Shown here: piece by piece, positions 36,913-46,700 of the stretch
How the letters are laid out: each line of letters opens with the position of its first letter
How positions within the stretch are numbered: the first letter of the stretch is position 1
NCBI GenBank assembly: GCA_049319825.1
Contig: JBMORT010000009.1
Location: 3,349 to 67,348 of the forward strand
Direction of reading: 5' to 3'
Source: Patescibacteria group bacterium
GTDB taxonomy: Bacteria > Patescibacteriota > Patescibacteriia > UBA11705 > DATKZF01
DNA: 64,000 nucleotides
The notes under the pieces: generated by a model
The model's input: the letters and a program-made list of their open reading frames with translations, nothing else
What the model was told of the DNA's origin: nothing
The model's database searches: none
Made by a program: the position numbers and the translations under genes

Positions 36913-37797
36913 ATGAAAACACTTACTTCTGGACAAATAGCCGAAGTCATTAAGGTTATTCGTCCAGTCAAAAAGTCCAAAGTGTCTCAAGGATTCGGCC
37001 CAAGCCCTTATTCAAAACTCCAAGCGTGGTATACAAGCTTTGGTTGGCGCGGACACAATGGAATTGACTTCGTGGATATGAGAGGGACGCCGTGCCAGGC
37101 CACGACGAGTGGAGTGATTACGAAAGTATATTCCACTGAGGGGGCGGGCAATATCGTGGCGCTCGAAACGGACTGGATGCAATACGGCCAAATTACATTC
37201 AAATTGAGATTTTATTATCTTCATCTTTTGAAGGCATTGGTCAAAGCCGGCGATAAGGTGGTCGAGGGGCAAGACATTTGTCAAATGGACAACACCGGGC
37301 ATTACACGACGGGAACTCATCTTCATTTCCATTGCGTGCCGGTTTATCGAGTTGGATATAAAGAAGTTATTGATAGCGCGAACGGATATGACGGAGCGGT
37401 CAATCCTGCGCCGATGTTTAAAGAAGACCATTGGGATAAAATTCCGGTCGAAAGTTTTTACGGAAAAAAAAGGAATTGGATTTTGGAATATACATTTAGA
37501 TTCGCGAATACCCCGCTCGGCACATTATTGACGCCATTTTTGTCGGAAAGAATAAAAGCGGCGCGATTTGTCCATAAAAAGTTGATGTCATTGAATAGAA
37601 TACCGCCATTACTCACTGATCAAGAGACGAACGCTTTGATATATGGGTCATGGGATTTGGAGACAGTATTAGATCCAGCATTATTTATTATGTGGGGCTG
37701 GTATACGAAAAAAGAGGTTATAGATGCGAAAGCAGAAGGTAGAGAGCTTAAAAGTCCACTGTTCGCGGGTGGAGATATAACAAATTTATTACAATAA
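36913..37797 (+). CDS. M23 peptidase (endolysin candidate)
   Basis: HNGID, YLHL, TGTHLHF. Confidence 0.85.
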   Translation: MKTLTSGQIAEVIKVIRPVKKSKVSQGFGPSPYSKLQAWYTSFGWRGHNGIDFVDMRGTPCQATTSGVITKVYSTEGAGNIVALETDWMQYGQITFKLRFYYLHLLKALVKAGDKVVEGQDICQMDNTGHYTTGTHLHFHCVPVYRVGYKEVIDSANGYDGAVNPAPMFKEDHWDKIPVESFYGKKRNWILEYTFRFANTPLGTLLTPFLSERIKAARFVHKKLMSLNRIPPLLTDQETNALIYGSWDLETVLDPALFIMWGWYTKKEVIDAKAEGRELKSPLFAGGDITNLLQ

Positions 37798-37799
37798 AT

Positions 37800-38234
37800 A
37801 TGCAAGAAAAAAATCAACTTTATTTGTTATTGTCTATCATGTTTGAAGTTTTGTTGGTTGTTTTGATTGTCTGTATCGGTTTTATATATTCACTTAAATT
37901 GCTTGGGGAATTGGCGAATGATTTGCAAGCGTTGAATGAGCCTATCATTGGCGGGGCCGGCGAAGTGGAAGAAATAATTGAAAAGCCCGTTGAATCGAAA
38001 ATAAGCATTGGAGAACGGCAAGATTTATTGAATATCTTGAATTACGAAATGGGAAAGCTCGGCACCATAACACTAAACGGTTTTGACGGCCGGCCTGAAA
38101 CTCTCATAAAAGCAATTTTAATAGAGGCGCAAGAAAGAGAAGTCAAAGAGGCGGAAATAGATTTGGGAGACAAAACATTAAGCGTTGAGGAATATAGCGC
38201 AGAAAAAGCGGATTTTATAAATAAACTTCAATAA
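37800..38234 (+). CDS. TM-anchored hypothetical protein
   Basis: N-terminal TM. Confidence 0.55.
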   Translation: MQEKNQLYLLLSIMFEVLLVVLIVCIGFIYSLKLLGELANDLQALNEPIIGGAGEVEEIIEKPVESKISIGERQDLLNILNYEMGKLGTITLNGFDGRPETLIKAILIEAQEREVKEAEIDLGDKTLSVEEYSAEKADFINKLQ

Positions 38235-38235
38235 T

Positions 38236-38499
38236 ATGGATATTTTTGCCGTATTAAAAGAAATTTTACCCTTAGTAGGAAGCGCGATTGCTTTACCTAT
38301 TATTCAAGAACTACTTAAAAAATACATTCCTGAAAAATGGAGACACATCGTCGCTGGGACTTTAGCGTTCGGCGCTTCCGTATTTTGGGCTCTTGTTTTG
38401 CAGGGAAGCTGGGAAATTACGCTACTCAATTTTAGCGTGGTGTATGGCTTGTCTCAAACTTTTTTCCAAAAGATTATAAAAAATTGGAGGTCAGAATAA
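38236..38499 (+). CDS. Holin-like membrane protein
   Basis: 87 aa with about three hydrophobic segments, near the endolysin. Confidence 0.6.
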   Translation: MDIFAVLKEILPLVGSAIALPIIQELLKKYIPEKWRHIVAGTLAFGASVFWALVLQGSWEITLLNFSVVYGLSQTFFQKIIKNWRSE

Positions 38500-38502
38500 T
38501 TT

Positions 38503-39180
38503 ATGCAATTTAGCGCTTTACGAACCAAAGCTCGCTGGTGGAGCAAAACGGACTCAGATTCCTTTTCGGACACGGATTTGAATTTGTGTTTGAACGAAAA
38601 TCAGAAAATAGTTACCTGTTGGATTTTGGATAGTATGGATGAATGGGAGTTTAATGAAGAAATTGGCACGGCCAGTTTGGTCGCTGATCAAAGAGAGTAT
38701 TCATTCCCAACGGATATTCTAAAAATAAAAGAGGTTTATTTAAAACTTGACGGCACGAATTGGGTGCGAGCTTTGCCGCTTGAAGGGGCTATGCAGGATT
38801 ATATCGATAATACTGATATTAAAGACCACTATTCGAACGAACAGCCCTATTATGACGTATATAACACGGACGGGGTGGGGTATTTTAAAATATATTGCGG
38901 GGCGATTATCGCGGTAACCGGCGGCATTAAACTTGTTTACGAAAAAGCCGGCAATGATATGAGCGCGGATGCCGACACTCCGGCCTTTAATGTGTTGTTT
39001 CATGAAGTTTTAGCGCTTATATCGGCCCAGGATTACGCGAGCAGAGAAAGCTTGGCAAGTTTATATAATTCATTAGAGGTCAAAAAAATTGAATATAAAG
39101 AACGAATCGAAAATTTCTATTCACGCCGGCAATTGGATCGGCCGTTAAGATTAGAACCTAAAACACGAAATATGAGATAA
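38503..39180 (+). CDS. Head-tail adaptor / tail tubular A-like protein
   Basis: LN.CLN, QREYSFPTDILKI, DTPAF...FHEVL. Confidence 0.7.
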   Translation: MQFSALRTKARWWSKTDSDSFSDTDLNLCLNENQKIVTCWILDSMDEWEFNEEIGTASLVADQREYSFPTDILKIKEVYLKLDGTNWVRALPLEGAMQDYIDNTDIKDHYSNEQPYYDVYNTDGVGYFKIYCGAIIAVTGGIKLVYEKAGNDMSADADTPAFNVLFHEVLALISAQDYASRESLASLYNSLEVKKIEYKERIENFYSRRQLDRPLRLEPKTRNMR

Positions 39181-39182
39181 AT

Positions 39183-39281
39183 ATGGCTACTTCATACACC
39201 GAAAGCTCAAAACCAACAACGAGCACGACGGAAAGCTCAAAGCCCGCGGCGACAAGCTATACCGAAAGCTCAAAACCATAA
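39183..39281 (+). CDS. 32-aa peptide with 3 x TESSKP
   Basis: MATSYTESSKPTTSTTESSKPAATSYTESSKP fills the gap between the flanking genes. Confidence 0.6.
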   Translation: MATSYTESSKPTTSTTESSKPAATSYTESSKP

Positions 39282-39284
39282 ATT

Positions 39285-40943
39285 ATGCCCAGACACACAA
39301 TCACACAATTTACGGGCGTAAAAGACAATGGTTATTATTGGCTTTTGGGATTAACGCCGAGACGGGACGCGGGAAAATCTTTTTTAATCCAAAGGCCAAA
39401 ATTAGTAAAAATTAAAAAGACAGGCGAAACAAGCGTTACGAATTTATCTCTAATACAAGGATTTACGATTTCAGATGTGAGTGGTTCTGCCAAGGTTTAT
39501 GCTATTGATAAGGCCGGCTATGTGTATGACGCGATACGCGGGACTTTAAGCAGTTTTGCCCAGCTCAAAGACTTGACTGATGTTGCCTCAAATTATCCAG
39601 ATATAACCGAAGACCCTGACGGAGATTTAATGGTAACCACGGCAAGATATTTAGTTTTGTGGACAGGATCCGCGTGGACAGAAACAACGCATGATTTCGG
39701 GGCGGAGCAGGCGAATTATGTCAGACAAATCATCAAGGTAGATGATTATAGATATATTGGCAATGGCAATTATTTGGCGAGTTGGGACGGGACGACTTTT
39801 ACGGCCCAGGCAAAACAACTGCCGGAAGGATATTTATTCGCTTGCGGATCATACCATAACGATTACATGGCGATTGGATGTAATTTGAATGGTAAAGGAA
39901 TGGTGGTGTTTTGGGACTCGTATTCGCCAGGATTTCAAAACCAAATATATTTAGAAGATGAAATTAAAGCGATTTATCCATATAAGGGGGGCTGGCTCGC
40001 GATAGCTTCGGAGAAATTATTATATATCACCCTATCCAGTTATGAAGAAATTTCAAGAATACCTGATTATGGTTTCGCTTCCGTCATGGACATTAATCAT
40101 AATGGAATGGTTGTTGTTGGTGAAGATGTTTTTATCAATGGCGGATTGAACATGTATACGCGAGGAAAAACCGGAGTATGGCGATTTAACATGCCGACAA
40201 GGAGCTGGTCTTTTATTCCTTATGACGATGGCGGATTGCGGCTTTTATATAACACATCGGCTGGCGCGATATATTATGATATAGGGACAATGCGGTCTTT
40301 ATATGTCGGTTATGCCGGAAAACCCTCCGCAAGCACTTTATATTATGTTGGAACATTAAGAGATATAAACAACACTTATGCGGAAGTGGTATTACCAATA
40401 ATTGAATTTAGCAATAAAACAAAAATCAGTAAAATCTGGTTGAATTTAGCCGAGCACTTATATCATACAGATTGCGCCACGCCGAATATTTCAGTCGTGG
40501 CCAAAATAGCTGACGCTCGTGAGTTCGTGTGGGGATATGCTTTAACGAATAACGCTGCCAGCGCGAGCAATAAAATTAAAATAGACGGAACGATTAGCAC
40601 GTATAGAGGGGCGGTAGGCGATGAAGTTTTGGTATTGGAGGGGCAAAATGCCGGTTTAACTGCTCATATAAGTTCAATAGCCAATGAGGGCACGAATACG
40701 GAAGAATGGACATTAGATACCAGTTTGAATGGGAATACGGAAAGCGGAGTATTGGTGAATGTTTTACCATTCAAAAAATTGGATGTGCGGACAATATCAG
40801 CTAATCCATATTCGCAATTAATGTTTGACGCTAAAAGAATTGAATCAACACACTTTTTGATAAAATTTATAATTACAGCAACGGCCGGGACGATACAAAT
40901 TAACTCAGTAGAATTTGAATATGAGCAATCTTCAAACAGATAA
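39285..40943 (+). CDS. Tail nozzle / DNA-stabilisation beta-propeller protein
   Basis: Propeller-like WDG/YIG repeats; follows the adaptor gene. Confidence 0.65.
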   Translation: MPRHTITQFTGVKDNGYYWLLGLTPRRDAGKSFLIQRPKLVKIKKTGETSVTNLSLIQGFTISDVSGSAKVYAIDKAGYVYDAIRGTLSSFAQLKDLTDVASNYPDITEDPDGDLMVTTARYLVLWTGSAWTETTHDFGAEQANYVRQIIKVDDYRYIGNGNYLASWDGTTFTAQAKQLPEGYLFACGSYHNDYMAIGCNLNGKGMVVFWDSYSPGFQNQIYLEDEIKAIYPYKGGWLAIASEKLLYITLSSYEEISRIPDYGFASVMDINHNGMVVVGEDVFINGGLNMYTRGKTGVWRFNMPTRSWSFIPYDDGGLRLLYNTSAGAIYYDIGTMRSLYVGYAGKPSASTLYYVGTLRDINNTYAEVVLPIIEFSNKTKISKIWLNLAEHLYHTDCATPNISVVAKIADAREFVWGYALTNNAASASNKIKIDGTISTYRGAVGDEVLVLEGQNAGLTAHISSIANEGTNTEEWTLDTSLNGNTESGVLVNVLPFKKLDVRTISANPYSQLMFDAKRIESTHFLIKFIITATAGTIQINSVEFEYEQSSNR

Positions 40944-41574
40944 TCAAAATAATAATGAAAAGATAATAATTGAGAAGGATGATTCGAAACCTAAAATTCA
41001 AATAGACGACACCCCAAAGGAATTTTCATTTACCAAAGAAGAATTGGATATATTGTCGCAGCTGATGCATTTGGTCAAATCGATTAAAAAACCTTTATCG
41101 GCGTCCCCGACATATAGCCCTAAAAATTTTTTTGAACAAATAGCTTTTTATAGCGGACATCTTTATGCTCACATAAATAATAGTTGGGTAGATGTTGGCC
41201 CGCCAACAGCAGCCGCTCAATATGCTTCCGGTCAAAGTTCAAGAAACGCAGACGGCGATCAGGCGATTACAGTCGGATTTGAGGCCAAACTTATAAAAAT
41301 AACCGCGTATTACGCGCAAGATAATGGCGGCTGGAGCGAAGGACACGGCAAAACCACTTCAGATTTCGCGTGTCTCGCTCGATATTATGATAGTGGCGTA
41401 CCCGCATGGATCTATTCGAACACAACGAGCTATATAATATACGCCGTAAATGTAGGCGGAACGGCGTTTAGACAAGCGATAATTTCGGCAATAGGCGCGA
41501 CAACGTTCACTCTTACTTGGTCATCATCGGGCAGTCCGGGAACGGTATATTTTAATTGGGAAGCATGGGGATAA
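40921..41574 (+). CDS. Tail spike/needle-like protein
   Basis: ITVGFEAKLI...TFTLTW C-terminal beta domain. Confidence 0.55.
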   Translation: MSNLQTDNQNNNEKIIIEKDDSKPKIQIDDTPKEFSFTKEELDILSQLMHLVKSIKKPLSASPTYSPKNFFEQIAFYSGHLYAHINNSWVDVGPPTAAAQYASGQSSRNADGDQAITVGFEAKLIKITAYYAQDNGGWSEGHGKTTSDFACLARYYDSGVPAWIYSNTTSYIIYAVNVGGTAFRQAIISAIGATTFTLTWSSSGSPGTVYFNWEAWG

Positions 41575-41597
41575 TATAATTCAATAATTTTATAAAT

Positions 41598-43721
41598 ATG
41601 GCGCAAGCAACGCTTATCAATAAAACAGGACAAAAAGTGGTAGTCGAATCCGGCTCGCAAGACGCTCAGAAATATTTCGGGCAAGGTTATCAATTAATGA
41701 GTAAAAGCGGTAAATATGAAGAGCCGACTACGCCTGATCAATTAAAACAGGGGGTTCCCGGATTCGTACAAAATAGACCATTGACGCAGACCGTGCAACA
41801 GCAAGCCCAGCAATTCGGGAATACAAAACTTGCCAATCAAGACTATGTGCAAGGCACTTTTAAGGCTTTGCATGGCAGACCCGCCAATGCCAACGAATTG
41901 CAGGAATTTACGAATAAGGGTGTTTTGGATGTATATAAGGCAATAAAAGCCGGTATTCCCAAAACGACAAGTCTTGATGTCGGTAAAATCGGGAATACTT
42001 TCTCGCCGGATGTTATAGGCAAATCCGAATCCGTGCCGGACTTATCGCAAGTTCCACAGCCGACCGCGCCAAAAACAGCGGAAGCTTTTAAGACTGCCAT
42101 TGATCAAAACTTAACCGGCCTGGCCAATCAGATGGGCAGTTTGTATAACATGATGCAATCCGAGGCGGAGACAAAGCGCCGGGAAGAAGAATTAAAATTG
42201 AAAGATAGAGAAGGTAAATTTGAGGCGACATTAGACGAAACGCCACGTTCGGATTACTTCGAGGCTAAAAGCGAGGAATTTAAGATAAAGGAGAAATTCG
42301 ACGCGCTTAGTGAGATATATAATAAAATCAATACTCATAAATCAGCGCTGGATTACGGATTGATACAGGAAGCCGGCAAGCCAATTTCTTATAGATTGAT
42401 TCAGGGACGCTCGGCCGAAATGAAAATGCAGGCTTCGGCGGCTATTTCGGCATTATCAGCGACAGCCTCGGTTATTGAAGGCGACATTAACGCGGCCCAG
42501 AATTTCATTCAAATGGGCGTAGAAATGATTGACGCGGACAGACAAGATCAAATTGACGGATTAAAATGGCTGATTGGATTAAGTGAAGATAGGATTATCA
42601 GACTTGACGAAAAAGAAACCGAAATGGCCGAAGCTCAAATCGCTTTGCTTGAAGATGAGAGACAGCAGCAAAAAGAAGACCTTAACTTTGTCAGGGAGCT
42701 TATAATGTCAAATCCCGTTGAAGCACAGGATGCAGGAATTACTTTATTAGATGGTATTGATGAGGCAATAACCAAAATACAGCCAGTGTTAGCTGATACA
42801 GTGAGGCAGGAAAGATTATTGGCAGCAGAAAAAACACTTGGAGATGAATGGGTTTCGATTCCAGAAGGCAGGATATTGAATAAAAAGACTGGTGAAGTAA
42901 GAAGTGCGACAGGATTTCAAGGAGATGTAACAGTAACTCATCCACAAGTTGGACAATGGTCCGGTCAATGCGGAAGCTTTGCGCGTTCTCAGTACAGTTA
43001 TATTGCCAATGGCGAACCAATGGGCGATTTATACACACAAAAACAGGCGTGGGTAAATAAGCATGGAACAGTTGGTGTTGACGGCTTGCAGGTTGGTGAT
43101 TTGATGATTACAAGCGAAGATAGTAAATATGGGCATGCTTTAATAGTGGCTGAAATAAAAGACGGTAAAATGAGATGCTTAGAATCGAATTATAATCTGG
43201 ACGAAAAAGTCACTGATAGCCGCTGGTTATCTTTGGATAGCAGCAAAATTTACGGTTATGTCAGGGGTACTTTGAAGCCCGGACTTCTAAATGTGCCGGC
43301 AATAAACGAAAAAGAAGAAATGAGGAATGAATTAGCAACGCTTGCGGGTTCAGACGGTTTTGTCTCGCCAGATGATTATACAGTAGCTCGAAAGGCATGG
43401 ATAGACGCCGGGCTTGATCCCAGCGAATTTGATAAAGAATACGCCGGATTTAGAAATCCAAACAATCCATATTACGTGACAAATAAACAAAAAGAAGGAG
43501 AGGTCGCTGGACAATTTTTAAGTATGGATTGGTTTAAACAAACATATTCACAGGATCAATTAAAAGAAGCAGCTAAAAACGCCGGATATGCGAGTATTTG
43601 GAAAGGATCGGAAAAAGAAATAGAAGCTTATTTAGACGCGACGATGAAAACAATTGAAGCGTGGAGACAAGCAGGTAAAACGGATTCGGAAATATTAGAG
43701 GAAATGATGAAAAATAAATAA
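41598..43721 (+). CDS. Ejection (internal virion) protein with a CHAP domain
   Basis: Helical body plus GQCGSFAR...GHALIV...ESNY. Confidence 0.75.
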   Translation: MAQATLINKTGQKVVVESGSQDAQKYFGQGYQLMSKSGKYEEPTTPDQLKQGVPGFVQNRPLTQTVQQQAQQFGNTKLANQDYVQGTFKALHGRPANANELQEFTNKGVLDVYKAIKAGIPKTTSLDVGKIGNTFSPDVIGKSESVPDLSQVPQPTAPKTAEAFKTAIDQNLTGLANQMGSLYNMMQSEAETKRREEELKLKDREGKFEATLDETPRSDYFEAKSEEFKIKEKFDALSEIYNKINTHKSALDYGLIQEAGKPISYRLIQGRSAEMKMQASAAISALSATASVIEGDINAAQNFIQMGVEMIDADRQDQIDGLKWLIGLSEDRIIRLDEKETEMAEAQIALLEDERQQQKEDLNFVRELIMSNPVEAQDAGITLLDGIDEAITKIQPVLADTVRQERLLAAEKTLGDEWVSIPEGRILNKKTGEVRSATGFQGDVTVTHPQVGQWSGQCGSFARSQYSYIANGEPMGDLYTQKQAWVNKHGTVGVDGLQVGDLMITSEDSKYGHALIVAEIKDGKMRCLESNYNLDEKVTDSRWLSLDSSKIYGYVRGTLKPGLLNVPAINEKEEMRNELATLAGSDGFVSPDDYTVARKAWIDAGLDPSEFDKEYAGFRNPNNPYYVTNKQKEGEVAGQFLSMDWFKQTYSQDQLKEAAKNAGYASIWKGSEKEIEAYLDATMKTIEAWRQAGKTDSEILEEMMKNK

Positions 43722-43723
43722 AT

Positions 43724-46700
43724 ATGTTTCAGGGTTTATTTACGCAATCAAAAACAGTAGCTACAAATCAGAAAACGGGGGGGACTGCAAAGCCCTCTTT
43801 TTCTGGTTTGTTTAGTAATAGAGGGGAACAAAAAGCTCAAAAAAACAATAAATTTGCTGGAGCGGTTATCAGCGCTGATCAAAAAAAGGTCGGGATGTTT
43901 AAAGATTTATTTAAGGTTGGGAAAAAAGGATATGAACGGGCTGGTGATATAGCCAGTAAAAAATGGAGCGAGACGAAAGAATTTGTAAAAAAATATCCGA
44001 CCCCACTTGAGTATATATCTCAAAGGAAATATGAGGGGTGGGCCGGACAAAATAAAAGTTTATCAATTCGGAAACAATATGGATTCGCACTGCCGGAAAT
44101 AACCGATTTAACAAAATCGGGGTTTGATCCCGAATTATTGGAAAAAGCGAATGACTTTAAAAGTATTCCATTAAGACATAAAATAACTCAATTTTCTCTG
44201 CGTACTCAAACGCAATTAGTGGATCAAGTATCAAGAAGTTTTGCTTTTACTACGGATTATATAATGAAAGACCCTGTTCGCGCGGCCGCATTACGAGATA
44301 TGGCAAAGAATCCTTCGATTTTGGGGGGATTTAAAGCCGGGGCTACTTACGCTGCTGGGAAGTTTGTAGAAAAAACAAATACGGGAAAAATGTTAAAAGA
44401 TAAATGGGTTAATTTTTATGATGGCCTCAAAGAAAAAGGGATTATTCCAACAGATAAGGCAGTCCAGCTTGCGAATACAATGAAGCAATTACCATATATG
44501 CAGAATAGAAAAGAATGGGAAGGTGCTCCACTAAAAGATAAAATGACAAAATATTTAGGAGAAACTTTATATAATCTTGGACCAAGTTTATTTGCGTCTG
44601 TGGCGACTTATGCCGCCAGTCCGTCTTTTGGTTTTTCCGTAACGGCCAGTTCAACCGCATATGATGTAAAAGAAGATGCCATAAGATATGGCGTTGATGA
44701 AAAAAAAGCTGAAAATTTGGGATTAATAACGGGTTTGTTGGTAGCGTCGCTTGATAAGATTGTGCCGGATAAAGCTTTCTCGAAGAATATAAAAAATAAA
44801 TTCATCGGAAACTTTGCAAAAAGGATTATAAAAAGTAATGTGCTTGAAGCCGGAACGGAAATGGGACAGGAGAATATTCAAATTTTAGCTGAAGCGACTT
44901 TCAGGGATGATTTGGGTTGGGACGAAATCAAGACGCGCAATGCGATGGCGGCTTTGGGTGGGTTGGCCGGTGGTAGTGCAATGGAATCAATAAGCACGTT
45001 TAGTAATACAGTCCAGAGAGACGCGCTTTTTGAGGATATACGAAATATAAAACCCGGATTTACAGTAGAAGAGGTTTATGATGATAATTTAATGAATGAG
45101 GCGAAAAAATATAAAACGGCAGAGGATTTTATTGTAGCGGCTGAAAATAAAAAGATTGATGTATCTTCTATTGCAGAATGGTCGGATTTAAAATTTTCTG
45201 ATTTGGGGAAAATAGGAAATATTAAAACAAAAAGTCCGATATTTAAAAAGAAAGTGAAAGATGTTTCAACCGAGATATACGAAAAAACGGCACGGGAAAT
45301 TTTTGAGAATGCAAAAAAGAATGGGGAAAGTTGGGCCAAAAACAGAAGATATGAAAGCGTGTTTTCGGAAGCATTCGCCCGTGCAACAGAAAAGTTGACT
45401 CGTGGAGGTAGAATTGGAGAAAAGGAAGTATTGGATGGTTGGAGTAGAAAGGTATTAAAAGAAATATGGACTACAGCACAATATAAAACAAAATCACCTT
45501 CTGACACAAAACGTGCTCTGTCTGAAGACCGCCTCGTCAATGTTAATAATAAAACTCATAAATACAAGAGTGTGAAGGAGCAAGTAAAAATACCTTATGC
45601 AAAGTCGCTTATACAAAAAGCATTTGATAAAGACTTGCCAAACAAGACGCCAGAATATATCCAAGACTTACTTGTTAAATTACGAGATGAAGAAGCACGG
45701 GCAATTAGAAACGGGGTTGATACGAGCAAAACTTCTTATACACAGGCTGGATTTATCAACGAAAATCTCAAACAGGCACTTGACAACGTAATAAAAACCA
45801 AATCTCAACTCCAAGAAAAATTTGAATATAACACGCCAGCGATCATAGAAGCCCGGGAAAAGGCAATGTCTATTCCCGAGACAATAAATATACAAACAGA
45901 AGAACGAAATAATTTGAGAGATAAAATTGTTCGAGAATATTACGGAACGGGAGCAAAAAATAAAAACCGACGCGCCGATTTAGTTTTAGGCGTGCCTGCT
46001 TCTGGAAAATCGACCTTTTTTGGCGACCATTTAGTTAATAAGTATGGTTCACTATTGGTTGATTCTGACCAAATTAAAAAGATGTTGCCGGAATATGAAA
46101 ATGGCATTGGCGCCAGTTCGTTACACTTAGAGTCTGCTATGCTTGCCGATGATATTATCCTATCCAATGCGATACAAAATGGTGATAATGTTGTGTTGCC
46201 CAGACTTGGGAAAAACGAAAAAACGATGATTGAGCTTATAAATTTATTGAATGATTCGGGGTATGATGTTCACTTGCATTACATGGATTTACCAATAAAA
46301 GAAGCGGTCAAGCGTATAATATCAAGATTCAATGAAACGGGGCGTTTTGTTGACCCACAATTTTTAATAGAAAAAGTTGACGGAAAACCCAAAATAGTGT
46401 ATAATGCAATCAAGAGTAGAAAGGAGATTAGATCTTATGAAGCATACTCAAACGATGTTCCAAAAGGAACAAAGCCAAAACTCATCGAAAAGTCAGTATA
46501 TGACGCTGGACGAGATGGACGAATACAGCAATCTCGTGGCGATCAGGACTTTGCGAAGATTCGTAGCAAAAAAGAAAGGGAAATAAAACAGACTCAAAAA
46601 AAATCTGAAAATGAGTATTTTTCGGATAACGGGTCTGTTTTTGAATACAAAGAAATGTCTAAGGAAGAAACAAAAACAATGCAACAAGCATTTGGCGTAG

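Noticed and set aside
39195-39278. GAAAGCTCAAA x3 at 30-33 bp spacing as a mini-CRISPR
   Set aside because: Repeats are short and in frame, spacers are related, they encode TESSKP, and no cas genes are present.
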